A DNA stretch of 64,000 nt from Macrostomum lignano (GCA_002269645.1 NIVC01003792.1:12593-76592), one strand, 5' to 3'. Shown: positions 1 through 13,575, counted from the first letter of the stretch. A program made the numbers and translations. The notes: generated by a model not told the origin, from the sequence alone.

Positions 1-1657
1 CTCGTTGCATCGCAACGCTTCTACCTAAAAATACGAGTCGCATGTCGTTACAGAGATAACATCAAGGCGCATTCATCCAATGCATTTTCAAATTATGTCA
101 ACAAATTTTTCGGCTGCTAGGCGCCAAAATATTAATTTTCACCTGTTCTGACAGGTAATCAAACAGGTATTAAGACCTGTTAACCTAAGAATCAGTTTTC
201 AAAACTGATTTAGCTGCATAATGCATCCATAGTGCTGTTTTTAGACACCAAACTTGAGTCTCTAGGTCTCGCCAATGCAGAGTTATTAGCAAAAGTATGC
301 TCAAAATTTGCCCAAAAATGGCCTACTCAAAATTCGGAGCCAATTTTCTCAAAAATACGAATTTTCCAGCCATATTGGCGTATGACCGGTGTAACTTTAG
401 CTATTCGACTAAACAATATTGAAAATGCAGAAAAATCGGTGCGCAAAAATTCTTATTTTTCGACTTCAAAGTTTGTACCCCCAAATGGGCCGTTTTTCAC
501 TTAACAGGTAAAAAGTACCTGTTAACAGGGGTTTTTTCATGAGTGTCTTATGTCATTCAAAAGAGCATCCAATAGGCTACAATTTGACACTACACTCGAA
601 AAAATTCGCCCCATTTTAAAAAATTTTCCTTAACAACGTCTGATTTTCTGCAGAGCCCCCGGCCTCTTTTTTCCCTGGTTTCCGGGTCACTGCTCAGCAC
701 AGGTAGGTCCAAATGCTTAGAAAATTCAAGAAAACAAATTTCCATATGTTTGACACGTTGTGTTAAAGTCTCAACACCGTAGCTTAAAACGCTTTCTTAT
801 TTTTTGGGACTACTTTTTAAAAACGTGACCCAGTTTTTCGAAAACGTCGTTTTTAGGCACTCTTTGGCACCTGGGCAAGTTATTAATGGCCCAATCGGCC
901 AGATCTCAATGTTTCCGAATAGAAGACATCCATTTGAGTGATTTGGTGTAGAAATATTAAAAAATAAAGTTTTCCATCTCGACGCCATAGGCCTCACAAA
1001 AGTGCACTAAAAATTTGTACTTTTAAAGTGCAGATAGGCAGCCATGTGAAAAGTACATTTTAGCCCTAAAAACTATAGCGCATCAAACAGCCCCAGGTGT
1101 TATTGACGCTATGAGGCAGCTCAAAGGCCGCGCTATCGCGCGTCCTTTTCGCTGCGGTGAGGCAAAGTTGAAAAAAATGCCGATTTTTCGACCTCAAAAA
1201 ACACGTTTTTTGTACTTTTAGCCTAGACGTTAAAGTACAATCAAAAAATCCATTTCTGATCATTGTAGCGTTCGAATGCCCGCGTTTACTGAGCCAGCCC
1301 GCTAAGCGCTGCCATATTCTCAATCCTTATTTTTTGAGATCAAATTTTTTGACAATGTAGAAAAAACGCAGTTTTTGGTTGCCATGGCAACCAAAACGCG
1401 TTGCCATGGCAACCAACTATTGTGCATCCGATAGCGCTAGGTCTTTGACACATTTTGGCAAAAACTGTTTGTAAATCAGTCGTACCGTTTTTTATTGGCA
1501 GCGTTTAAAAGTTGAAAAACGTCATTTTCCTATGTGACACCGTTGCTACATCTTATCAGGGACGATTTCGCAAAAGTAAGCACCATAGAAAAAAATTCTC
1601 GCTTCGCTCGCCTTTTTTTCTATACTACTTACTGGCTCATCGTCCCACAACTAGGCT
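1..1657. mobile_element. Copy A (left-truncated by the window) of a non-coding ~1.65-kb+ repeat ending in a long hairpin followed by ACAACTAG; tentatively a non-autonomous Helitron/Helentron-like element
   Basis: Direct repeat of 3748-5404 (offset 3747). Terminal imperfect hairpin GGGACGAT...ATCGTCCC at 1559-1646 with loop TCTCGCTTCGCTCGC, then CTAG at 1651-1654. No credible ORF. The class assignment is inference. Confidence 0.6.
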
Positions 1658-1824
1658 AGCTAGACCATAGACCATAGACTGAACTACCCAAGCCCGGACT
1701 AGCTAGTCTGGACTAGTGAATGAAGACGCTGTCGTCTTCAAAGGTGGGACGATGGTTTATATTGTGTCCATTATTGTTTATGGCTATGACATCTATTTAT
1801 TTAACCTAAATTGAGAGCTAAAAA

Positions 1825-3268
1825 GCCCCCACGCCCCTGGCATTAGTTAGTCTAGTGGTATAGTAGGGGGCTGGCCGCCCCCACGCCCCTGGCATTAGTT
1901 AGTCTAGTGGTATAGTAGGGGGCTGGCCGCCCCCACGCCCCTGGCATTTATTAGTCTAGTGGTATAGTGGGGGCTGACCGCCCCCACGCCCCTGGCATTT
2001 ATTAGTCTAGTGGTATAGTGGGGGCTGGCCGCCCCCCACGCCCCTGGCATTAGTTAGTCTAGTGGTATAGTGGTATAGTGGGGGCTGGCCGCCCCCACGC
2101 CCCTGGCATTAGTTAGTCTAGTGGTATAGTGGGGGGCTGGCCGCCCCCCACGCCCCTGGCATTAGTTAGTCTAGTGGTATAGTAGGGGGCTGGCCGCCCC
2201 CACGCCCCTGGCATTAGTTAGTCTAGTGGTATAGTGGGGGCTGGCCGCCCCCCACGCCCCTGGCATTAGTTAATCTAGTGGTATAGTGGGGGGCTGGCCG
2301 CCCCCCACGCCCCTGGCATTAGTTAGTCTAGTGGTATAGTGGTATAGTGGGGGCTGGCCGCCCCCACGCCCCTGGCATTAGTTAGTCTAGTGGTATAGTG
2401 GGGGGCTCGCCGCCCCCCACGCCCCTGGCATTAGTTAGTCTAGTGGTATAGTGGGGGCTGGCCGCCCCCACGCCCCTGGCATTAGTTAGTCTAGTGGTAT
2501 AGTGGGGGGCTGGCCGCCCCCACGCCCCTGGCATTAGTTAATCTAGTGGTATAGTGGGAGGCTGGCCGCCCCCCACGCCCCTGGCATTAGTTAGTCCAGT
2601 GGTATAGTGGTATAGTGGGGGGCTGGCCGCCCCCCACGCCCCTGGCATTAGTTAGTCTAGTGGTATAGTAGGGGGCTGGCCGCCCCCCACGCCCCTGGCA
2701 TTAGTTAGTCTAGTGGTATAGTGGGGGCTGGCCGCCCCCCACGCCCCTGGCATTAGTTAGTCTAGTGGTATAGTGGTATAGTGGGGGCTGGCCGCCCCCA
2801 CGCCCCTGGCATTAGTTAGTCTAGTGGTATAGTGGGGGGCTGGCCGCCCCCACGCCCCTGGCATTAGTTAGTCTAGTGGTATAGTGGGGGCTGGCCGCCC
2901 CCCACGCCCCTGGCATTAGTTAGTCTAGTGGTATAGTGGGGGCTGCATGGCCCCCCCCCACGCCCTGGCATTTATTAGTCTAGTGGTATAGTGGGGGCTC
3001 GCCGCCCCCAGGCCCCTGGCATTAGTTAGTCTAGTGGTATAGTGGGGGCTCGCCGCCCCCACGCCCCTGGCATTAGTTAGTCTAGTGGTATAGTGGGGGC
3101 TGGCCGCCCCCACGCCCCTGGCATTAGTTAGTCTAGTGGTATAGTGGGGGGCTGGCCGCCCCCCACGCCCCTGGCATTAGTTAGTCTAGTGGTATAGTGG
3201 GGGGCTGGCCGCCCCCACGCCCCTGGCATTAGTTAGTCTAGTGGTAAAGGGGGGCTGGCTCCCCCACC
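1825..3268. repeat. Minisatellite, ~52-62-bp unit (CCCCCACGCCCCTGGCATTAGTTAGTCTAGTGGTATAGTGGGGGCTGGCCG), roughly 27 copies
   Basis: Directly visible. Unit length varies through homopolymer G/C runs and duplication of TGGTATAG. It lies between the two copies of the large repeat. Confidence 0.97.
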
Positions 3269-3584
3269 GCTCCACCACCCTCGAGAACTTTTCCCACATC
3301 TAAACACGTCTTTGTAATATGTTACAACTATATTCTAGCCTTCAAACGACCAGACATCAAATACTTGCTTGCCGACATGTATCGTAATATACTTTTTGCA
3401 CTAACAATCATACGTGCCGCACTAAAAGATTCACTGTTACTTTTTAAATACGTATAAAAAGAAAAATAAATTTAAATAAATGTAATTTAATTGTATAAAA
3501 AACATAATAGTTAGAGAAATAAAAATACAAAAAATCTGGATTCTGTTTGCTCTAAAAGAACTTTAAACTAAAAAATTTTTCGGA

Positions 3585-3650
3585 TCTCTTGGGAATCGAA
3601 CCCTGCAGCACTCAATTGTATGGAAACTAACTCTGCCACTGAGCCACAAT
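3585..3650 (-). other. tRNA-derived (Pol III A/B box) fragment, not a functional tRNA
   Basis: Minus strand reads GTGGCTCAGTGGC (A box) ... GGTTCGATTCCC (B box). No clean acceptor stem or anticodon arm could be folded. Confidence 0.6.
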
Positions 3651-3747
3651 TTGCTTACTAAGTTGGCCTATAGTACACGTATTTTATATCGAATATCGCT
3701 AATAGCAGCCATTTCTACCATTTTTGCTGCTTTTTCATACATTTCTG

Positions 3748-5404
3748 CTCGTTGCATCGCAACGCTTCTACCTAAAAATACGAGTCGCATGTCGTTACAG
3801 AGATAACATCAAGGCGCATTCATCCAATGCATTTTCAAATTATGTCAACAAATTTTTCGGCTGCTAGGCGCCAAAATATTAATTTTCACCTGTTCTGACA
3901 GGTAATCAAACAGGTATTAAGACCTGTTAACCTAAGAATCAGTTTTCAAAACTGATTTAGCTGCATAATGCATCCATAGTGCTGTTTTTAGACACCAAAC
4001 TTGAGTCTCTAGGTCTCGCCAATGCAGAGTTATTAGCAAAAGTATGCTCAAAATTTGCCCAAAAATGGCCTACTCAAAATTCGGAGCCAATTTTCTCAAA
4101 AATACGAATTTTCCAGCCATATTGGCGTATGACCGGTGTAACTTTAGCTATTCGACTAAACAATATTGAAAATGCAGAAAAATCGGTGCGCAAAAATTCT
4201 TATTTTTCGACTTCAAAGTTTGTACCCCAAATGGGCCGTTTTTCACTTAACAGGTAAAAAGTACCTGTTAACAGGGGTTTTTTCATGAGTGTCTTATGTC
4301 ATTCAAAAGAGCATCCAATAGGCTACAATTTGACACTACACTCGAAAAAATTCGCCCCATTTTAAAAAATTTTCCTTAACAACGTCTGATTTTCTGCAGA
4401 GCCCCCGGCCTCTTTTTTCCCTGGTTTCCGGGTCACTGCTCAGCACAGGTAGGTCCAAATGCTTAGAAAATTCAAGAAAACAAATTTCCATATGTTTGAC
4501 ACGTTGTGTTAAAGTCTCAACACCGTAGCTTAAAACGCTTTCTTATTTTTTGGGACTACTTTTTAAAAACGTGACCCAGTTTTTCGAAAACGTCGTTTTT
4601 AGGCACTCTTTGGCACCTGGGCAAGTTATTAATGGCCCAATCGGCCCGATCTCAACATTTCCGAATAGAGGACATCCTGTTGAGTGATTTGGTATAGAAA
4701 AAGTAAAAAATAAACTTTTCCATCTCGACGAGATAGGCCTTTCAAAAGTGTTCTAAAAGTTTGTACTTTTAAAGTGCAGATAGGCAGCCATGTGAAAAGT
4801 ACATTTTAGCCCAAAAAACTATAGCGCATCAAACAGCCCCAAGTGTTTTTAAGGCTAGGAGGCAGCTCAAAGGCCGCGCTATCGCGCGTCCTTTTCGCTG
4901 CGGTGAGGCAAAGTTGAAAAAAATGCCAAATTTTCGACCTCAAAAAACACGTTTTTTGTACTTTTAGCCTAGACGTTATAGTACAATCAAAAAATTCATT
5001 TCGGATCATTGTAGCGTTTAAATGCCCGCGTTTACTGAGCCCACTCGCTAAGCGCTGCCATATTTTCCTGCCTCTGTAATTGAGATCAAAGTTTTTGAAA
5101 AAGTTGAAAAAACGCAGTTTTTGGTTGCCATGGCAACCAAAACGCATTGCCATGGCAACCAACTATTGTGCATCCGATAGCGCTAGGTCTTTGACACATT
5201 CTGGCAAAAACTGTTTGTAAATCGGTCGTACCGTTTTTTATTGGCAGCGTTTCAAAGTTGAAAAACGTCATTTTTAGTGTGTCACATCTGTTGCACATCT
5301 TATCAGGGACGATTTCGCAAAAGTAAGCAGTATAGAAAAAAATTCTCGCTTCGCTCGCATTTTTTTCTATACTACTTACTGGCTCATCGTCCCACAACTA
5401 GGCT
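3748..5404. mobile_element. Copy B of the same hairpin-ended repeat (probably extends left to ~3270)
   Basis: Near-identical to 1-~900, then clearly diverged from ~900-1657. Hairpin 5306-5393 with inner stem AGTAAGCAGTATAGAAAAAAAT/ATTTTTTTCTATACTACTTACT; CTAG at 5398-5401. Confidence 0.65.
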
Positions 5405-7378
5405 TTCTGCATACGGCCCTATGTAACTACCGCTCTATTGTAACGGACGCTACTGGTGCTACAAGCGTACGCATTTGACAATTAAAGAATACCAACGACA
5501 AGACCGGGTACAAGTACTTTCAAAATTATGCAGCTGATAACTACCTTAACGATTGTGCTTTTGTGCGCCTCGGAAAACTCTAATTGCGACTAAGAAGCGC
5601 TAGCTTTTAAAGCGTCTCAACAACGCGGCACTTAAGTATGTACTAACTATAACAAAAAGGACATCCGTGTTAACTTAGATTCTGAGTGTTTTGCCTCAGG
5701 AAGCCGATCAAGGCTAAAAAATCAGGCAAGGATAAAAGCAGCTCTAGCTATAGTTAAAGAGGCTGGTTTGCCCAGCAAAAGCAGTTATTGTTTATGCCAA
5801 GAAAAGCGTGGAAAGAACTTTGCCTTTGCCTCTACGTGTGTATGCGGGTACATTGACGGAAAATAGCCAGTAACAACACTGAAAATACGTAACACTGGGT
5901 GTTCTAAATGGATCGATCTGCGATGGCGTTTCTATACTTTTAATTGTTCGAATGACGCAGTACAGAGAGTCAACAAACAGCACCATATACGAGTGTAGCT
6001 TCACTATACCACTTGAATGAATGTATCGATCACGATGGTCTCTGCATTACTCTATCAGTCTCTCTTTCATTGCACTCCGCAATTATTTGCGGACTATTGT
6101 GATGACTCTCGATCTGGAAGGTGAAATCAACGATCAACCAAAATAAGCAAAACTTTATTGGGATGAAAGCCACAAAATATTCGGTATTGCATGGCGCAAA
6201 CTGTTAAATCGAAGCTGTTTCAAAGCAGCTTACGAGCAAGTAGATTCTGTTTGCATTCACCGATTGACACATTTACGAGCATGCCAATTACATTCTCGGA
6301 AAATGTACTTCAAGTCACTGAGTGGGGCTCATTTTTCACACACCGAATCTATTGTTTTAGAAATTCTCAACATAATTTCCGGTAGAATCACGCATCGAAG
6401 CACTCCCTAAGGATTGTTTTTTTCCCAATCGGTGCAGCTCATTCCGCAGAGCATCGACAAGCTCCTCCTTTTTAAAGTCAAAGATCCTCCGCTTAAATTT
6501 CTCCTTCATTCTGAAGAATAGAAGGAAACAGAAAAGCGCCAGGTCAAGGGCAGCAGAGCGGGTTGCATGGTGACTGTTGAACTCCTGTTTTATTCTTTGA
6601 CTTTGAGAGCTAGAGAGCCCATCAGCAGCTCCAGAAACAACTGTGGTAAGCACACCGTACTGTACCATTCAGCCGGCACAGTCGCCACCTGATTGAGCAC
6701 AACGGGCAAAAGGAAAGTTTGCCAATGTTTGAAGCATCCTTTGCGAAACTTGATTGAAGCATCCTCGGCATCGCTGACCCACTGACGGATCTGCTGTTTA
6801 GCCTCAGGGTCATAGAAGTACCTAAGTTTCGCCACCTGTGGGAATTTAATCCACCAAGTTCGATTGCCCTCCATTGAACTTGGCAAGCATGAACTGGGCG
6901 AACTCGACTTTACTCCCCGTTCACTCTGCATTTGGCTGATGTAGCAGATTTTTGTGTAGGATCTTAATAACTGTTGAATCCTACACTCCAAAAAGTGCTA
7001 TAGTTAAAGAATTGCCATACGCTGATCTATGTCCTGTATTTTCCGCTCAACTTTAGCCACTACGGTGCATCATAACGTTGGGACGATTGCGGAGACTTCA
7101 ACTTAATGGCTTTGGTCGAAATTTGATCAATGCCACACAATGCGACGAAGACTATCGCACATAATACTAGCAAATACGAGCGTAGTTAAATCTTTAGAAA
7201 TATAAGAACTTTATTTGGATCGAAAATTTGATTCCATAATTAGTGCCCATAGCCCTGAGGCAGCCATCGTCTTGAAACTGAAGACATGCAACGCTTGAAA
7301 GTTCATTTAGATAAAAGTACACCGCACGCATGCAGTGCTGCAACTGACAGTACATGAAAGCTATCTGCACAGACTTAC

Positions 7379-10300
7379 CATCGGCCTCTTGTTGATTGCT
7401 GAATGATTCGAACAGAGTCGAATTGCCGACGCCACCGACCAGGTCTACTGCACTCGGCGGCTCGCGCTGCGGGCCCTGCAGCTCGGCCTCTTCGGCTTTC
7501 CTCTCCTCTCTCGGACTGTCCGTCAGGCCGCACTCCTCTTCTTCAATTAGCGATTGGCTGGGAAAACAGAATTTTTTCGTCTGATTAGCAGCTATTACTT
7601 TTAGGAGATCGAATCTGCTTTTTGGCGTCGGTAATAATGCCTACTTACTTGAACCGCCCCATCTGTATATTAATTTCTATATACGCTCGCATGGATGGAC
7701 GGATATTTGAAATAAGTGCACGGCCAGCAGTGGGAGACTCAACAGTGGAGTACAAGCTATAGGCTGCAGAAGCAGCAATTAATTCCTCCCTAAAGACAAA
7801 AAATTTGTCTCGCTTAGCTAACTCCCCGCCGAAGCCCGCCGGCCGCTGTAATTAAAGAGAAAGGCAAAGCAGAGAAGAAGAGAGCGGGAAAAAGAGAAAG
7901 TGAGGACGAGTTACTGAGCCGCCGAATTTGTCAGCTTTTCTCACTCTCGCAGGTCGGACTCGCGCGAAAGGGAGCAGGATTTAGGGGGGGAGTGGCAGGT
8001 ATTTACAAATTGCGGGCACGCTGGGCTTGGCACCTGGCGCTGGCCTGGCCTAGACAACTCGGCACGCTCGGCAAGATTTATCTCCTGATGAAATTCAGCA
8101 CAAAGCCGACAAAAATAGTTCGGAAATTCTTTTGGATGTTTTATTTTAGGGATCTTTACAGAAACATATTTACCTGAGGCAAGCCGAGATAAAGTTAGTT
8201 GTCGGCCAATCTTCAGCCAGTGCATCCACGTGGATGTACAACAAGTAACTTAGAAGCCGCTACACTCGCAATTCGTGCGATTGTCTTTTCGACAACTGTG
8301 TTTTGCTTGTTGCCAGATCTATAGACAGCTGAGATATTGTTAATTTTCTGGTGAACGAAAAAATTTCTGTCCTGTTTAAGCAGCTTCAGCGAAAACTGGC
8401 CTTTCAGTTAAAAAAATTTTCACGACTTGCGAGTGTAGCGAATTCCTACTTCAATGGTTCATGGTATGCCCGCCTGTAGTTCTGCACAAGTACCCATCTC
8501 CCCAAGTACCCATCTCCCCAAGTACCCATCTCCCCAAGTACCCATCTCCCCAAGTACCCATCTCCCCAAGTACCCATCTCCCCAAGTACCCATCTCCCCA
8601 AGTACCCATCTCCCCAAGTACCCATCTCCCCAAGTACCCATCTCCCCAAGTACCCATCTCCCCAAGTACCCATCTCCCCAAGTACCCATCTCCCCAAGTA
8701 CCCATCTCCCCAAGTACCCATCTCCCCAAGTACCCATCTCCCCAAGTACCCATCTCCCCAAGTACCCATCTCCCCAAGTACCCATCTCCCCAAGTACCCA
8801 TCTCCCCAAGTACCCATCTCCCCAAGTACCCATCTCCCCAAGTACCCATCTCCCCAAGTACCCATCTCCCCAAGTACCCAGCTGCTCCGATCTGTAAGCA
8901 GCAATTGTCTCTGCATAGTGTAGGACTGATAACCCCCTCTCCATGAACTTGAATGCTTAAAAGCCTATTTTTAGGGTTTCAGAAGAAAACGCAATGATGC
9001 GATTTGACAAGTCTGTCTGGTAGCAAATTGACGCGTCAGCCGCCCATTGTATTGCAGCAGCAGGTTTGCCAGCTCTTTGCATCCGTCATCCTGAGAGCCC
9101 CCCGACTGTTCCCATCAACTCGGTTCTGCAAACGTACTCATTTTGACAGTAGTAAAGAATATTCCTCAAGGCACGCAAGTGGGACGTTTTCATGCCAGGA
9201 AAAATTTTGACAGATAGGAGCAGAGACGCGGCAAGGGCGGGGTCGAGGCGGGGCATCAGCTGCTGCAGAAATTCAGGTACAGCGCGAGGCTCCCCGCGCC
9301 TCATTTCCTGATTCATTCGTGTTGAAAAAGCAACCTCAGACCGTTCTCTACTCAGTTTCCACCCTTGAGTCTACCGGCCTTTCCCTCGGCTGCCATTCTC
9401 TTTGTTCTTTTTCTTTATAGACACAAAATCAAGCCAGAGCATCAGTAGCCGCGCTAACAACCTATCCTTTCTTTCTCGGACTGCTAAGACTGACCGAACA
9501 GCTCAGTCAGATGGAAACATCACATTTTGCATTCATTATACTAGACTGTACAATCTTCAGGTACTCATGTGAAACACCCAGTCGATTCTGTTTGAGCCTG
9601 ATGTCTCATCCAATTCATTGATCTAATCCCAATTACAAGCCGTGCATGGCTGCTCCTCTCATGTCAGCAACATCCGTGATCTTCTATCCTATTATTTTCA
9701 GCTAGCAGCAGAGTGCGGGTTGTTTTATTTAAATAAATTTTCAAAAAGCAAGTATTGCGTCGCATCATTTCGAGCGCTACCATCAGTAAAAGTATCTGTG
9801 AACGGACGAACTAACCAGCTGCAGTAGGTATTGGAGAGCTAAAATTCTAACAAGATTACAGTAGACATCAAATTGTCAGTTTTACTGTGCATATTTTCTG
9901 TTCTGTAGCTCGTATTGATTAGCCTTCGAGCCAAAATGCGAAGGCGTTTTACGGCTGGATAGCAATAAACTAAGGGCTACGAGCTACGAAATTCCTTCCT
10001 AATGCGTCGTCTTAATTTCTACGGCTGGCTTCTACCCTGATAACTGGCAGGGTTCCTTCAAAGCCAAGGAAAAGGAAGCAACGAGAGAGAGGAGACGGAA
10101 AACTATGGGAAATCTTCCCCTTAACTGGGCTGCGACAGATGGCCGACGTTCTTAGTTAAGCCTCGTCATCCTCGCAGAGTTGAGGCAACGGAAGGAACGT
10201 AAAAAATCAGCATCTATCTCTCATGCGGCCTGTAAAAGTTAATTAACAACAGGAACCGTGGGACCGATTTTTGCCCAGTTCAAGGAAACCTTGCAGGCGG

Positions 10301-13300
10301 GAGTTTTCTATTTTCAACTTCGAAAACTCCCAGCTAGTAGGTCAGTTGCGTCAGTTCCGCGACCCCCTGAACGCACTTGCGTGCCCGAACTCTAGCCGGT
10401 AAACAGTCAATACGAGTTTGGAAAGTTCATCTTACATGGGAAACTCAATTTTCATTGATGCTAACCACATTTAATGCCTCTTAAACTGTATTTATAAACT
10501 TTGCTACCCTTCAATCAATTCTCTTAGAGGTCCCACAGTGTTCCAGCTAGCTGCGAAGGCGTAATCAATACAGCTGTAACATTGAGCCTTTCTTAAAAGT
10601 TCATACACTTCCTTGACAGTTTTCATTCCCTTCTCAAAACGTGTCTGCGCACCTTACCTACACTCGTAGCTATCCTAACGGCTTGAACTTTCGTATTGAT
10701 CCAGCTACCTCATGACTCTCCTTTTAAGTGTAACTATTGCTCCTTGTTTCACCTTTTCTGTCTTTCTCTCTCTCCAGTTCAATCAATAGCTAATCTTTTT
10801 TTTTAAAAACGTGACCTAATATTACAGATCAGGTGCCTTTCTGGCTCGTACACTTGGAAATCATACAGTTCTATATCAGGTACTCTGATTGAAGCTGATT
10901 TTTGAAACAAAAATTGTTCTTACCCTCTTTGGTAGGGCTCCATGGTTGAGCAGTCCATCCAGCTTGGTGTCTCGGAGCACGAGAAGCTGTCCAGCTCCTG
11001 CGGGATGGCGGCCGAACTGCCGTAGGCGTACGTACCGCTGTGTTTGCGACTGGAATTGTGTTTGGGAGTTCGGAGACTGGTTGTGAGGCTGCCGTCAAGC
11101 TGAGTACCCGGAGCTCTCTAGACTGCTCAGAGCTGACTTCCTGTCCCAGCTGACAGCTCTTCCTGCCTCCGCTGGCAATTGCTCAATTCGGATGCATACA
11201 GGGATCGTGGCACGTGACTCGGGGGGGGGACTCATGCCCTCAGTTCAGACTGTCACCACTGTCTCTAGCGGCCAGTTAGAACTCAAGCCAAGCCATCCAT
11301 TCATTACGTTCAATAAATATCCATACACTTGTCTTCCAGGTAAGCCCTCCTGAGAAGTGCACTGCCAACAAGACAAATGAGGGACAGAGTTAAACCCTTT
11401 ATCTCGAGCGCAGGCGCGCGTACAAGAGAAGCGAGCTGAAGGGAAAGTCATTTTGCGCGCGAGAGAAGCAGCCCCCTACCCGCGGCATATGTCTGCAAAC
11501 ATGAATACTTCATATTTTCCCCGGAGGCTCAAGATGCTGATTAAAGAGAGTTTCTACCCAACTGTGCATAATTAATCGCCTATCCATCAATTATCAACAG
11601 AGCGCGCGCTTACTGAAGGTTATGAATGATCCCGAAATCCCCCAAAATAAAGGGGATAAAAATAAATTTCTAAGAAACAGCATAGAATGACGGCGAAGGC
11701 GAGTCGCATTTGCAGTCCCGAACTTAGTGCAGCTGTCAGGCATATCGATAGCAGCTTCCTGCATTTCTGAGCCCAGAGAGACTGGCTTCAGTTGGATGAA
11801 TTGAATTTTCTGATTTTCTCCCAGAAGATTTTCTGCGCAATTTCTGTAGCGTCTGTCTGAGCGGGCTTAAAAGCTCGCTAATCTCTCGAATTCTTTCGTC
11901 TTGGCAGTTGATTTTTTTTGCAAGCACAATGCTCCGGGAAATATTCTGAGCAAATATTTATCGTCTAAAATTAATAAATTCTGTCTTGGCCAAGCTAAAC
12001 TGCAAACCTTGGATAACATTATTGAAAAGTGCCAGCAAAGTTAAGCAGCATTGGCCGCGGATAGCACACAGAGAGGCAGATAAAGCTGAGCCTCACAGTT
12101 TATCTGCTGCGGTAGGGTTGCAGCTCTGAGCAATGGGTCCTTTACGAGTGAAATTAGATAAGTTACCAAAATCTACTGGCAAAATTTTAGCATGGATCCT
12201 TTTTTTAGATCATAATAAAAAATGAGTGGCAATTAGGATAAAAGAATGAGGGTAGCAATTAGACAAACTTTGATTATAGACGAATCAAATAATTGATTTG
12301 CGGACAAAGTTCTGACTGAGTCCAGCTTATTTAATTTTTCATTTTATTTACCTACTTTTTTACAATTCGTACCTAATACCGGAAACTGAAGATCGTTAAT
12401 TTTTATTTCATTTTATGCCTTTTATGCAAAGAAGCCCCCCCCCCAACCGCGGCTGTTCATCACTTCAGAGTGTATATTTTTGGTGAATTTAGATTGTATC
12501 CATATTGAACGAAAAATCAACTTCAGCTTATGGAGATATTTGAAAGCAGTATATAGGGATATGGGATCTTGGAATATGGGATATGGGATGTTAGGATATG
12601 GATATGGGATATGAGATATTGGGATATGGGATATTGGGATATGGATATGGGATGTTAGGATATGGGATATGGGATATGGGATATTGGGATAAGGGATATT
12701 GGGATATAGGATATTGGGATATAGGATATTGGGATATTGGGATATGGGATGTTAGAATATTTGATATGGGATATTGGGATATGGGATATGGGATATGGGA
12801 TATGGGATATGGGATATGGGATATAGGGATATGGGATATGAGATATAGGATATGGGATATTAGGATTTGGGATATTGGGGTATGGGATATTGGGATATGG
12901 GATAATGGGATATGGGATATTGGGATATGGGATATTGGGATATGGGATATTGGGATATGGGATATGGGATATGGGATATGGGATATGGGATATGGGATAT
13001 TGGGATATAGGATATTGGGATATTGGGATATGGGATGTTAGAATATTTGATATAGGATATTGGGATATGGGATATGGGATATGGGATATGGGATATGGGA
13101 TATTGGGATATAGGATATTGGGATATGGGATATTGGGATATGGGATATTGGGATATGGGATATTGGGATATGGGATATTGGGATATGGGATATGGGATAT
13201 GGGATATTGGGATATAGGATATTGGGATATGCGATATTGGGATATGGGATATTGGGATATGGGATATTGGGATATGGGATATTGGGATATGGGATATTGG

Positions 13301-13575
13301 GATATGGGATATGAGATGTTAGGATATGGGATATGGGATATGGGATATGGGATATGTGATGTGGGATATTGGCTATTTAAACATGGTGGATCTGCAGTGC
13401 TAAGGCCTGACGCAGCAGGACTCCCCACTCACCCATTCTGGCTGTGGCTTTGGCTGTTAAAGCAGAACTTGCAGACCAGCAGGACGCCCACCACCATGAG
13501 GACACCGCCGAGCACGCCGCCAGCTAGGAACAGCACCATCAGCCAGGGGGTCACGCTGCCTTCCTGAGTGGCCAT
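7379..13575 (-). CDS. Candidate multi-exon gene for a small single-pass membrane protein (incomplete model)
   Basis: Exon 13575-13433 = MATQEGSVTPWLMVLFLAGGVLGGVLMVVGVLLVCKFCFNSQSHSQNG, ending at a phase-2 GTGAGT donor. A candidate exon ends at 10924 (..DCSTMEPYQR, phase-2 GTAAG donor; its acceptor is unresolved). Exon 7557-7379 has acceptor TTTTCCCAG and donor GTAAGT and encodes the acidic QSLIEEEECGLTDSPREERKAEEAEL... Phases are compatible. Family not recognised. Confidence 0.45.
8487..8880. repeat. Tandem repeat, 16-bp unit CAAGTACCCATCTCCC, ~24.6 essentially perfect copies
   Basis: Directly visible. It produces the spurious 16-aa-periodic ORFs on both strands. Confidence 0.98.
12556..13370. 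repeat. Degenerate microsatellite of GGGATAT/GGGATATT units
   Basis: Directly visible mix of 7- and 8-mer units. It explains the GYGI/DMGY and YPIS ORFs. Confidence 0.97.

Noticed and set aside
3585-3650. Functional tRNA gene
   Set aside because: Only A/B boxes are evident; no proper cloverleaf, and it is embedded in a repeat unit.
6357-6991. Two overlapping minus-strand ORFs that look protein-like
   Set aside because: No recognisable motif and no consistent splice model; possibly a decayed gene or transposon, unsupported.
8446-8946. ORFs with GRWVLGEMGTWGDGYL / PISPSTHLPKY repeats
   Set aside because: Translation artefacts of a 16-bp tandem repeat that lacks stops in several frames.
12598-13428. 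GYGI/DMGY and YPISHIP repeat ORFs (eggshell- or silk-like appearance)
   Set aside because: Products of a GGGATAT microsatellite that is open on both strands; no signal peptide or splice context.
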